Below, one piece after another: positions 40,673-52,809 of a stretch of DNA of 64,000 nucleotides. Within the stretch, counting starts at the first letter, position 1; every line of letters starts with the position of its first letter. The translations under genes were made by a program, and so were the position numbers. Origin of the DNA: Tubiluchus corallicola (taxonomy: Eukaryota > Animalia > Priapulida); contig JAQGDQ010000422.1 in assembly GCA_030141605.1 (NCBI GenBank), positions 43,423 to 107,422 on the forward strand, written 5' to 3'. Under the pieces are notes generated by a model. The model ran no database searches. It was given only the letters and a program-made list of their open reading frames with translations, and was not told the origin of the DNA.

Positions 40673-42055
40673 GAAAGAGTGCCGTGGGTTTTGTTAATAT
40701 TCATTGCGTTTTCGGATACTTGGAAACAGTCAATACGCATCACGCAATATGCATTGCGCGCACATGGAGTCGGAGCTTTAGAGCATCTGTAAGGTAAAAC
40801 GAATTTTTCGTATCGTGGCTCCATCTCTTGGAGCCAACTTTCAAATATGTCTTGCTTCAGCAGGTTGAATGTCACATGACCCAAGGTACCTGATTTACCT
40901 GTCTCCACAGGTGTGCAAGAGTTTGTTGTTTAAAAACTGCTTTAGAATCTTGAGTTGGTTTAAATTTTAAGGTTTACACTGTGAAAAATGTAAATTGTGA
41001 GTCCATAATGGTCTCAGCTTGACAAGTAGGCAGAGATGTATGTGTTTAGTATCTTATTTTTCTTATTTTCTTATTTTTTGGGCAAGCTAAACTGAAGTAA
41101 TTTTTTGTGAACCTGTTGAACTAAAAATTTTTGTTTGCCCTTTTGTTGTCTTAACTATCACTACATACAGTGCAACACAAATGTTCGAAAATTTTCTATT
41201 AAATACAATGGCCCTTACACGTGGAATTCAATTGCTACAGCTATTAAAGATGCCAACTCGCTGTCCATGTTTAAAAAAAATTATAAATTAAACTTACTTG
41301 AAACATATAACTGATCACTCAATTATGATTTGTTGTTTTTCATTTTCAAAAACTTCCCCTCTAGTATAATAATATTTTTATTACTTCCCACCCGTATTTA
41401 TATTTGTATATATTGTAATATTGTATCTGTATATATTGTAATTTTTTTCATAACTAATTCTAGTGGCCTACCATAAGCTAGCTTCTTAGGTCTCTAGCGC
41501 AGAATTCATGAATTGTATCATAATAATGTACATGTAATGTATATGTATATGTTTATTGCGAAATAAATCTATTAAATTTAAAAAAATCTAATCAGATAAA
41601 ACACAATGGCAATGGTTACGATTACGGTCATCCTTGTGGTTTATGTTTTGATAGATTCGACGATTTCATAAATAAACTGGGTCAAACTACAAAGGAACTT
41701 TCCGATGATTTAATGCATTTGGAATAAATAACCAAAAATTAGAAACGGAAAACCAAACAACGTGAGAGGAAAATGATGAAAACATAAACTTACTTGTGAA
41801 CTTAATTAACATCCGAGATATATCTTTACTTTAAATTTCTAGTTTCTATCATATTATGAAAAGGTATTCATTGTTACAAAAATTAATAATAAATAAATAA
41901 ATCAAAAATGAGTTTTAATGTTCATAATGGACGACATGCACGATTGAAACTGTTGAAATCATCAAAGCACATTTTCTTAACACTTTTTCTGTCGTGTCCA
42001 GAAGATGGAGCCACGTGACAGAGTTTGAGAAATTAACAAAATGCTGACAGCGGGT

Positions 42056-42602
42056 TTAAAGGAAAACCAGACGATTGTGTAGACATTAACTCGAAATAAA
42101 GTATGCTCTAAAATATTTTAAACTGCAACAACTTTTTTTATATGAAAGGCTAGATTAAAATAATAATTACCTGGATAGTTAAATTTTGTTAAACTTTCAA
42201 AGCTACACACGGCTCAGCGAATCCACTAATACTGGCAATGGCGTCTTTTTGTCACATTCGCCTAGCCGACAAATATTCGCTGTACCGTGATAAGCATGAT
42301 CATGAACTGCCGTGTTCGTCAGTGACGTATAGCTCATTTTCGTGACATCACATCAGCATCTTATAGCAATACTCGCTGACGCAAATGTGCATGACATGCA
42401 GGAAAGATGCCTTCTATTGCACAAACTGTTGTTAGTTTGTGAGGTAAGCGATAGCTGTTGTTTGGTTGCCGTTAATTAACTTTCCAATTTAATTATTCAA
42501 GTATTAGAAACAATTGCTAACTTTTATAGGCAAGAAAATGTATATTTTGGACAGTAAATTAAAATGAGATTAAGTCTAATCAATCATCCTCTTTTCCTTT
42601 AA
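42056..42602. mobile_element. Kolobok-like MITE family C (opposite orientation to the 36939 copy)
   Basis: ttaa|aggaaaaccagacgattg ... atcatcctcttttcct|ttaa. Confidence 0.85.
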
Positions 42603-42702
42603 CAGTAAATTTTAGTAAAAGGGAAAAGGGGAGTTGTAAAACATAGAGAAGCCAGGCAGCTATCAGATGCAGGATGCTTCTACATCTAATCAGACATCGT
42701 AC

Positions 42703-42813
42703 CTGTGTCCACATCCGTTAAATTTGGCCGTGTTTGCCTATAACCCGGTCCCGCCGCATACAGTAGAGTCGTATAAGGTAGATCATTGCTGTCCATCGCA
42801 GATTTTATTTTTC
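42703..42813 (-). CDS. ALP: Alkaline phosphatase exon 8
   Basis: DLPYTTLLYAAGPGY..RPNLTDVDT; tttcag| ... |gtacga; 111 nt, phase 1-1. Confidence 0.93.
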
Positions 42814-43808
42814 CTGAAACAAAATAAAATCTTTTTTGTAAACTGTACTTGTAATAATAATATAATAATAAAGACAAAACGCTTTATTTAACTCCTTCAA
42901 GACCGCAACATTCAAAGTCTTTTAAGACCTATGACTTTTCCTCTACTGTATGAGCACAGACAACTCAATGATTATAAATTTGACACTGTTCTATTCAGGA
43001 GTATCTCGGTCATGCAATCACGCTGTTTGTTTAAACATTTATAAGTGATTTAATTGGATAAAATTAAGAAAAACACGCCCTCTTCAGGCACTCAAACTTA
43101 GCCTATTGAGTAGCTTAGTCTGGCGTACACTTGCGTGATCGTACACACTATTTTATTGATCGCCTGCTTGCTGCAGCCTAAGCTGTGCAGTGTTCTGCTG
43201 CTATTCCAGGAAAAACCAACCGATCAGCCAAGGACAAATTAAAGTCGTTTCATCTTTTAATAAGAATTTCTCCTTAAAAACAGAGTAGACTTAAAGCCAA
43301 AGTGTATCGGAGTGTTGTGTCTGGATAGTTGAAATTTTCTGCATTTGCTGATTTCACACAAGTCATGCTGTACATTGTTACAGTGCAAACACTGCAATTA
43401 CTGAAAACTTTTTCAATTTTTTCGTTAAAAATCGAATTTTAATTTGTCTAAGGTCAGAAGATGCACTTCGTATATGATTTTGCGTGAAATTGTGTGAGGA
43501 GTAGAAACCTACAAAAATGATCAAATGTAACGTAATCGCTGCTTAGTGAGAGAAGTTTTTCTTGAACTGATGCAAAATGCAACAAACTCTTACGGTCCTG
43601 AACACATTAAAGAAAATTATAGGTTCCACTTAAAACTGGTAAAATACTGACAACATTACAGGTAATGGCGAGGATAGGGTTGACAATAACGATAATAAAG
43701 TTGGTACAGGTGGGAGGTGACGATGGCGATGGCGGTGATAGTCAACGTGACAATGAGCACTGACAGTAAGCATGATTATGGCGATGATGAAAATGATGAT
43801 TGATATAC

Positions 43809-44000
43809 CAAATATGGGATTTCCTCTTCTGGGATAGCCAGCAATAGACATTGTGTGAGAGTGGTCTGCAGTGACGATAATTAACGTCTCTTTTTCATTT
43901 GTTAATTCAACTGCAGCACGTACAGCTTCATCAAGAACAAGCACCTCTTCCACAGCAGCGGCGGCACGACCGACATGGTGTGCAATATCAATGTTACTAC
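43809..44000 (-). CDS. ALP: Alkaline phosphatase exon 7
   Basis: SNIDIAHH...ETLIIVTADHSHTMSIAGYPRRGNPIF; tttcag| ... |gtatat; 192 nt. Confidence 0.96.
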
Positions 44001-44065
44001 CTGAAACACATCATATGAAACGTTTTGCCACCTGGTCTGTGTATCAAAAATCAATAAGATAGTAC

Positions 44066-44470
44066 TGTGGAAGTTGGAATTGTACATTGTAATTAGGTGC
44101 TGCCATCTATGGGCTAATCCTGTTACATTCTACCAGCTGACTTACCCTCAGTATAATTGTATGGTCCAGTAAATGCATACACACTGGTCCTCTCCCTATT
44201 TTAAAGTAATGGTTGTTATGAAGCCTGTGCAAGTCAGCATAGGTCAAGTCCTATACCTGTATATACTGACTGTTTTTGCTTTCTAGTCACTCTCACTCTC
44301 AGTGTTCAGTGCAGCAGTTGTGCTACTCATGTTTCTGTAGTTTTTATAAACACTTTCTGTTGTGTTCAGTGCAAATATGTATTATAGATTTTTTATTCCT
44401 ATTCATACTTCTGTGCCTAAACTCAATCATAACAAAGTGAGTGAACATCAACTTCAAAATGACTTTCACA
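44066..44470 (+). mobile_element. Solo LTR (405 bp) in ALP intron 6
   Basis: TGTGGAAG...CTTTCACA; exact TSD AGTAC. Confidence 0.88.
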
Positions 44471-45380
44471 AGTACACTTCTGAGACTTGCCATGAGAATC
44501 GTAAAGAAGACAAAGTGCACATTAACTGCTTACTTTTTATTTATTTTTTAATTTTCTATATTATTTTGCAATTTAAATACATCTTAGAGGGTTTTGGAAT
44601 TCTATTTCAAGTCAAAATTGTTTAACTAACACACTACAGACACTTGCAATCATGTTGCGTTTATTAAGACATCTGGTAGATCCAATACTGGCTTTTAAAA
44701 CACCCCAAACAGTTATCTCTAGTTAGTACACCTTAGTTTGTTGCTGATAGTACACCACAAATAGTTGGTTGGGCTAAATGTATATAATGGAAATATGTCA
44801 GTTTAGATTGTCTTTCAAGATCTAGGCCATACATGTAGTTTTAGGTGTGTTGGTCAGTTTTAATTTGATTTTGTTTTTCTTAATTAGTATAGCATTTTTT
44901 TAATGAATTTTTATCCTCCATTTTAGAGTCATTGTATACTTACACTTGACATGTTTTTTTCATGCATTTTTTGTGATTTTTATTTTTGTATCTCTTCCTT
45001 ACAATAGGAAAAAAGCTTCTGAGATTTAAAGGGCACTTTGTCTTCTTTACGTTTATATAAGTATGTTTATTGAAGCAAAAATACAACCTAACACGACGAG
45101 CTAGCAACTAATAAACGAAATGTTGATTGAATAAATGAATAAGATTTAATCAACAGTGAAAAAGACGTTTAATTGAGACAAAAACCCCTCTAAAAGGAAC
45201 ATTGTGGCACAGAACGGATAACAGTTAGTTGAGGTGATAAAGAAGAACAAGTGAATTGAATGTTAGATAATATAAATAATAATTATTTCAAAAATTCTTG
45301 TTTTTGAAACCTAAATTTAATATTAGTTATAGTTATTTTGAAGATTGCTTATTGGAAAAAGTGAACAGGTGTACTCTCAC

Positions 45381-45521
45381 TTTCAACAAAGAGAAAGAAA
45401 CCATTCTGGTTTTTGGAGAGCAGTTTGATAGCCATTGACGTCATTTCCGCTAATGATGGATCCTGCTCTTCCTCCGGGGTTTTATCAACCACGAACGGCA
45501 TTCTGCTTGGTGAAAACAAAC
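45381..45521 (-). CDS. ALP: Alkaline phosphatase exon 6
   Basis: GLFSPSRM...DPSLAEMTSMAIKLLSKNQNGFFLFVE; tttacag| ... |gtgaga; 141 nt. Confidence 0.96.
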
Positions 45522-45852
45522 CTGTAAAATAAACAAACTTTCTTACCTGTAAAACAAACACACTTTCTCACCTAAGAAACGAACAAAATTTCTCGCCTGT
45601 AAAACAAATAAACTTTCTCGTTTGCAAAACAAACAAATTACCGAATTTCTTGACCTGCATACCAATCGTTACCAAATAAACCAAGAAACAGAATCGCGCT
45701 TTTTGTTGTGGCAGATGGGCAAAGTAACAAACTTGTTTGTCTGTTTGTCTGTCTGTTTGTTTGACTGCCAATCTATTTGACTGCTTGTTTGATTATTCCT
45801 TTGTTATTACCCTTTTATTTATTATGCTCAATATTTTATCCAAAAACTCTTC

Positions 45853-47097
45853 CATTCATTCGTTTGTTCATTCATTCATTCATTCATTCATTCATTCATT
45901 CATTCACTCATTCACTCATTCCATTTCATTCATTCATTCATTCATTCATTCATTCATTCATTCACTCATTCACTCATTCACTCATTCACTCATTCACTCA
46001 TTCACTCATTCACTCATTCACTCATTCACTCATTCACTCATTCACTCATTCACTCATTCATTCATTCATTCATTCATTTATCATTCGTTCGTTCGTTCAT
46101 TCACACACTCACTCTTTCATTCATACTTTCACTCATCCGTTCGTTCAATCATTCATTTATTCATTTATTCATACCAGCATTCTTTTATTCATTTATTCAT
46201 TCATTCATTCATTTGTCATTTATTTATTTGTCATTCATTCATTCACTCATTCATTCGTTCATTCATTCATTCATTCATTCATACCACCATTCTTTTATTC
46301 ATTTATTCATTCATTCATTCATTTGTCATTCATTTATTTGTCATTCATTCATTCACTTATTCATTCGTTCATTCATTCATTCGTTCACTCATTCATTCTT
46401 TCGTTCGTTCGTTCATTCATTCATTCATTCATTCATTCATTCATTCATTCATCATTCTTTTATTCGTTTAGTCAGTCAGTCACTCATTTATCATTCATTT
46501 ATCATTCGTTCGTTCGTTCGTTCGTTCGTTCGTTCGTTCGTTCGTTCGTTCGTTCGTTCGTTCGTTCGTTCGTTCGTTCGTTCGTTCGTTCGTTCGTTCG
46601 TTCATTCGTTCGTTCGTTCGTTCGTTCGTTCGTTCGTTCGTTCGTTCGTTCGTTCGTTCGTTCGTTCGTTCGTTCGTTCGTTCGTTCGTTCGTTCGTTCG
46701 TTCGTTCGTTCGTTCGTTCGTTCGTTCTTTCGTTCGTTCGTTCGTTCGTTCGTTCGTTCGTTCGTTCGTTCGTTCGTTCGTTCGTTCGTTCGTTCGTTCG
46801 TTCGTTCGTTCGTTCGTTCGTTCGTTCGTTCGTTCGTTCGTTCGTTCGTTCGTTCGTTCGTTCGTTCGTTCGTTCATTCGTTCATTCATTCATTCATTCA
46901 TTCATTTCATTCATTCATTCGTTCGTTCGTTCGTTCGTTCGTTCGTTCGTCCGTCCGTCCGTCCGTCCGTCCGTCCGTCCGTCCGTCCGTCCGTCCGTCC
47001 GTCCGTCCGTCCGTCCGTCCGTCCGTCCGTCCGTCCGTCCGTCCGTCCGTCCGTCCGTCCGTCCGTCCATCCATCCATCCATCCATCCATCCATTCA
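45853..47097. repeat. Compound tetranucleotide microsatellite TTCA/CTCA/TTCG/TCCG/TCCA
   Basis: Direct. Confidence 0.98.
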
Positions 47098-47281
47098 CCA
47101 ATTTGTTCCTGTAACCTTTACTTCATTTTACTATCAGTCGGTCTGTTATTTGATTCAGTTTAAGTTTATATGCGCACTCTCACAGACTCACGCTGTGACA
47201 GCAGAAGATTCAAGCCATAATGCTGTCAACATTCTAAACGCAGTTTGATGAACGGCAAAAGTAAAGGGTTAAAATACCTGC

Positions 47282-47489
47282 CTAATAAGTAATCAGTTGA
47301 GTTGACATCAACGCTACGAAGTTGTTTCGTGTTCCACACGTACTGGTAACGATCACCATTATTCTCCTTCTGTGATATCCATTCTTGTATGAGGTTCCTA
47401 CCATCAAGTCTTTCTCCTCTTGTGGAATTATTTTCCACGTCCATATGTTCCACTGGAATAAACTTTGTTCTTCCTCCACCCAGAACGAC
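47282..47489 (-). CDS. ALP: Alkaline phosphatase exon 5
   Basis: VVLGGGRTKF...GERLDGRNLIQEW...YVWN...TDYLL(G); acceptor ttctag|; donor must be AG|gcaggt to keep frame. Confidence 0.92.
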
Positions 47490-47792
47490 CTAGAAAATAC
47501 CAGTAACCAGAGAGTGGGTAACATTCATTCATTCATTTATCATTCATTCGCTCGTTCATTCATTCATTCATTCACTTTATTCTACCTCCACCCAGTACAA
47601 CCTAGAAAATACCAGTAACCAGACAGTGGGTAGCATTCATTCACTCATTTATCATTCATTCGCTCGTTCATTCATTCGTTCGTTCGTTCATTCATTCATT
47701 CATTCACTTTTTTCTTCCTCCACCCAGAACGACCTAGAAAGCACCAGTAACCAGAGAGTGGCTAGTATTCATTCACTCATTTATCATTCATT

Positions 47793-47823
<31 letters not shown>

Positions 47824-48479
47824 TCGTTCTTTGTTTGTTACCCAGACAGTGGGTAACATTAGAACTGGGTGGTTCGACACATTTTATTTCTTTATTTGTC
47901 ATAATGGATTGAGAGTCAAACAGAATATTAAGATGCCCAATCAGTGAAAGTTTAAAACATACATTGTTGGAGACAAATGCAAAAACTAAATTACAAATGC
48001 AAAAATAAAATACAACTTTAGACTTAAACTTAAACTTTACATATTTTACAAAGTGACTATCAACAAAATTAAATAGTTTAATATGACCAGGGTAAATGAA
48101 TTCTGCATTAGTGTGTAAGTTGTCATATTAGTAAGTTACGTGTTCAAATCTTGACATGATTAAAGCTTTTATTTTAGTTTTGAATTCGGTTAATGATTTA
48201 ACACGTTTGATTTCGACTGGCAGTGAATTCCAGAGCTGGACGGCGTTTTTTTGCTATTGAATTAATTCCAAAGTGATTCTTTGTTCTGATTTGTCTCAAA
48301 TTAAATGTTCTGGCGTTTAACTCGGGGTTTTTGAGTAGTGTAAGATGTAATATAAACTATACAAATTACTCTCATAGACTACAAATTCTTATGTTACAAT
48401 TATCAGAAATAAGAAGGTTAATTTTTGACTCGCAAATAGTTTACAAAAATTGTAATAATCGTATAGGATTACTGTTTCA

Positions 48480-48810
48480 CGACTTTTTTATGTGCGTACC
48501 CCATTTCGGGCTTAGGGGACATAACTTTAAATTATATTAAAACTACTGAAAACTGAATATTTGCAAATTCTCTTTTTATAGCAGAATCGTAGATATTTGA
48601 AATTCTTTAACTTATGACACAGTTAATGCCTCTAATGTTAAAGATTTTACAACATTATTGGCTAAGGAAAACTTGTTACAACATTGTAAATTTGAATCGT
48701 AACTTGTTAACAGAGGGCCACCTAGAAGTGCTTCGCCTGTATGGCTTCTCCATTTTCTCTTGTATTACATTGTAATATCATATTGGAAAGAATAAATAAA
48801 TAAATAAATC
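48480..48810 (+). mobile_element. CR1-like LINE 3' end
   Basis: LRGHNFKL..., F..RIVDI(W)NSL remnants and (TAAA)n tail. Confidence 0.65.
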
Positions 48811-48876
48811 AGTCAATCAAATTGATGTTTTATTATATAACAGAACAGCGTCTAGCAACCAAATTAATCAGGTATC

Positions 48877-49334
48877 TGTACTAATGTTGTAGCTGCCTGT
48901 CACGTTGAATATGTAAAAGTCATTTTTGAAGTTATTGCTCAGTCACTTTGATATGCTTGAGTTTAGAAAAACAGAGAAGTATGGATAGGAACCAAACATC
49001 TACAATAAATCTTTGCATTTCACACAACAGAAAAGTGTTTATTTTACTACAGAAACGTGAATAGAAAAGGAGCTTCGTTTAACATTTAGCAAAACTAGAA
49101 TAAAAAACAGTCAGTAAAACCTGTTTCACAGTCAGTAAGCAGGTATTGAACTTGACCTATGCAGAGTTGCACAGGCTTCACAACAACCATTAATTTTAGA
49201 TAGAGAGAGGACCAGTGTGTATGTAGTCACTGGACCATACAATTATACTGAAGGTAAGTCAGCTACTTGAATGCTACAAGATTAGCACATAGATGGCAGC
49301 ACCTGATTACAATGTACAAATAAGAACTTCCACA
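48877..49334 (-). mobile_element. Solo LTR (458 bp) in ALP intron 4
   Basis: TG...CTTCCACA; exact TSD GTATC; right part is the reverse complement of 44066-44260. Confidence 0.8.
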
Positions 49335-49434
49335 GTATCAATATCATCGTCATTGGCGAAACACTCAGATGGTGAACTTATTTTACATCCAGGTAGTTTC
49401 TCCATTACTTCAAACACAAAAAAACACTTACATA

Positions 49435-50104
49435 AAGGTTAAAAATTGTCTTGAAATTTTATACCACTTAAGCTACATACTGCCATTTACATCCAGGGCT
49501 TGCGTCGGCAGTAACGCTGTATAAAAATGTTAATTTAATGTCCCGCGATGAGCGTTAGAGCGTTAGACGCAGCCATTTTGATGATAAGTCATTTGAAACA
49601 AGTTTAGCTAACATTGAGTAAAGGTTGAAAAAATAATCAGGGCATTCGTAGCACAAACGCCACTAACTAAGTGAAATTCTAAATTACTGTACCTTGTCAA
49701 TAAGATTAAAAATACGTTTCTTGGTTAGTGAGTGGCGCACCCTGGAGGGTGAGTCAGCAACGTTTTACCAATTGGTAAAAGCATTCTAAATAATTAATAA
49801 TTTTCTTTTCTAGTTACATAAGTCTTTCCAGCAGGTTAGCGAGATACTAAGTAATGTAACATTACATGGAAAGTTTTTTGGGACATAATTTAACATTCCC
49901 TTTTCTTCCCCTGATTTATGTTGTGCGTATATGACGTCATGTAATGGCGCAGTTGGACCGTTGGCATCAATTAGGTTTTTAAACTATAATTTAATTACCA
50001 GAAACGCTTTTGCAGTATTAATTGTGTTAAAATGTATATTTTTGTCGGATTTATATATGGCAAAAATTGGGCAGTATATGAAAAATCGTCCTGTTTTCCT
50101 TTAA
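49435..50104. mobile_element. Chimeric repeat: family B (-) fused to the 3' end of family A (+)
   Basis: 49435-49960 matches B; 49970-50104 matches the A end ...tcctgttttcctttaa. Confidence 0.7.
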
Positions 50105-50258
50105 CTTTACTATCTGCATGGATGATAATGGAAACATTGTTTACAGGTAATTTTAATATATCTACGTAAAAATGAATTTCTACTCCATACTCTCTTCTAT
50201 TCTAAGCTATCGACTACAGTATACGTTGCACTGATTGTCAGTAGTTATTTTATTTACG

Positions 50259-50850
50259 GATGATGATGATGATGATGATCGTCCTTCGAATGGAAGATGA
50301 CCATAGTGACAGGGATAAAGGGTCAGTTTGTGGCGTTGTCATTCTTTTGATGAGCTCGAAGGTGACCGACTAGGCCAATTCTGGCCTGGAAACTTCTTTG
50401 GCATTTGGCACAGATGAGGCTGGGTGTTTGGACCTGTTGTTGGGCAGTGTCACATGCCTTGCGTCTCCTGCGCTTCTCCTCTGCCTCCTCAATTCTTTTC
50501 GCCTCTGCTTTCTTAGTCTCTGTGGTGATGGCACTCCGCCATGCCGAGCGATCTTGTTCAAGGGTTTCCATTGAGCGGATATCCATGCTGAGCTCCTTGA
50601 GTGAGGCCTTCAGGCTGTCTTTGAAGCGTTTCTTTGGTCGTCCAACCTTTCTCTTTCCAGACACAAGTTCTCCATAGAGCATCTTCTTTGGTATGCGGTT
50701 GTCTGGCATGCGAATCACATGTCCTGCCCACCGAACTTGTGTTTTGAGGAGGAGTGTATGGATGCTGCGGAGGTCAGCTCTTTTAAGTACCTCAGTGTCT
50801 GGCACCTTGTCCTGCCACTTAATGTGCAGGATTTTCCCCAGACAGCCCAT
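50259..50850 (-). mobile_element. 5'-truncated RTE-clade (BovB-like) LINE
   Basis: Open 175-aa C-terminus IKWQDKVPDTEVL..RWAGHVIRMPDNRIPKKMLYGEL..GRPKKRFKDSLK..CxxC..GLVGHLRAH; short 3' UTR and (CAT)n tail. Confidence 0.92.
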
Positions 50851-50924
50851 GTGAAAGTATACCGTACATTTATCTATAGTCTGTCATTCTCGTACGTATA
50901 TATATATATATATATATATATATG

Positions 50925-51500
50925 TAAAACCAATAACAACTTATTTCCAACTTTTTTTGAAAATCCAGTCAAGATAAATGTAAAAAGATACAATACCAGA
51001 CATAATGAATATATACCAAGACGTTGTAGAACAAATATGGCGAAACATTTCATTAGCTATATGGGACCAGTCCTATGGAATAAACTAAGCCGCAATTCAA
51101 AATGTAGTCACTCCCTTTCAACTTTTAAAAAAACCGTCAGAAAAGAAATATTTCAAAAGTATTGAGAGTAACACAGTTTGATAATGGTAATCACCTGCAT
51201 TCTTTTTCCACAGTAATCTTAATAAAACGTAACTATGTTCAACAGGTTACTGAACACTTTATAATCATGATCACAGTTTTTCTTAGTTCTCGCTCCATTT
51301 CATCTTTCATTCACTACTCCCCCCCACTTTTATGTATATATTATCATTATTTCAATTATTAATCACTTCTTTAAGATTTCCACGTACAGTTTGGCCTGTC
51401 AAGCTATGCTTTTAGGCTCAAACTGTATGCATCAAAATTATTCTGTAATGTAATTTGCACATGTATATGCTGCATAAGAATCTCTTTTGTAATTTCTGGA
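50925..51500 (+). mobile_element. CR1/L2-group LINE 3' fragment (similar remnants ~14100-14290, 41160-41570, 48000-48330)
   Basis: YNTR...RTNMAKHFISYMGPVLWNKL...SLSTFKK motif. Confidence 0.7.
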
Positions 51501-51676
51501 TAATATTGCATTTATATTTATATTTACTTCAGTGAAATTATCTGTATTTTTATTATAACTGTTAGATGCAGTTTGGAAATAAATAAACTTATAACTTACG
51601 TAAACAAAATATTTGTTGCAAAATTGGCGCATCAGACCGTGTCGAATATAAACTTTTTGCCAATAAATTTACTTAC

Positions 51677-51840
51677 GTTAATTGAAGCACCTGGTTCATT
51701 TTCTATCAACTGTCTGGCGATGTCCTTGCAAAAAGGGGCATTACTTTTGTGCTCCCATTTTCTCTCGGGGGAGTGAGCATAAATAGGGGCGGGGGAGGCG
51801 TCTGTAACTTTCGAGTTCGTTACAATCCCAACTGATTTAC
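51677..51840 (-). CDS. ALP: Alkaline phosphatase exon 4
   Basis: (G)KSVGIVTNSKVTDASPAPIYAHSPERKWEHKSNAPFCKDIARQLIENEPGASIN; tttcag| ... |gtaagt; 164 nt, phase 1-0; not in ORF track. Confidence 0.95.
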
Positions 51841-52189
51841 CTGAAACGTAAAGAGTGTTTCACACAATGAAGATAATTCACATTGCAAGACTCAGTTGTT
51901 TTTCATTTTGAAGATGGGTTGAACCTACCAACGATTATAAAAGCGGGAGAAAATAAGGCAAGTTATTCAAAAGTTCCAAATACAGCGTGTAAGTCTTGAG
52001 TTTGACTGTTAAAAAAATCAAAGATTTGATAGAGGAAAATGAGTTTAAAAGCTACTTTAAAAGAATTAATTTCATCCAATTTCAATATACATCAAATTGA
52101 TGGTCACTAGGGACGAGAGTTTTGATTTAGACAAAATGCGAAACACTACAGAGCTGCGGCTAAGTTCTCTATGTGCTAAAAAGTAACTA

Positions 52190-52795
52190 TAATATGTAAT
52201 ATAATATAGCATAGTATAGTGCAGTGCAGTGTACTGCACTGTAGTGTAGTGTAGTGTAGTGTAGTGTAGTGTAGTGTAGTGTAGTGTAGTGTAGTGTAGT
52301 GTAGTGTAGTGTAGTGTAGTGTAGTGTAGTGTAGTGTAGTGTAGTGCAGTGCAGTGCAGTGCAGTGCAGTGCAGTGCAGTGCAGTGCAGTGCAGTGTAGT
52401 GTAGTGTAGTGTAGTGTAGTGTAGTGTAGTGTAGTGTAGCGTAGTGTAGTGTAGTGTAGTGTAGTGTAGTGTAGTGTAGTGTAGTGTAGTGTAGTGTAGT
52501 GTAGTGTAGTGCAGTGTAGTGTAGTGTAGTGCAGTGTAGTGTAGTGTAGTGTAGTGTAGTGTAGTGTACTGTAGTGTAGTGTAGCGTAGCGTAGTGTAGT
52601 GTAGCGTAGCGTAGCGTAGCGTAGCGTAGTGTAGTGTAGTGTAGTGTAGTGTAGTGTAGTGTAGTGTAGTGTAGTGTAGTGCAGTGCAGTGCAGTGCAGT
52701 GCAGTGCAGTGCAGTGCAGTGCAGTGCAGTGCAGTGTAGTGTAGTGTAGCGTAGCGTAGCGTAGCGTAGTGTAGTGTAGCGTAGTGTAGTGTAAT
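52190..52795. repeat. Pentanucleotide satellite (GTAGT/GCAGT/GTAGC)n
   Basis: Direct. Confidence 0.98.
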
Positions 52796-52809
52796 TAGGC
52801 CAAATCTTC

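Noticed and set aside
45737-47163. Long HSFI/RSFV ORFs
   Set aside because: Tetranucleotide microsatellite translations
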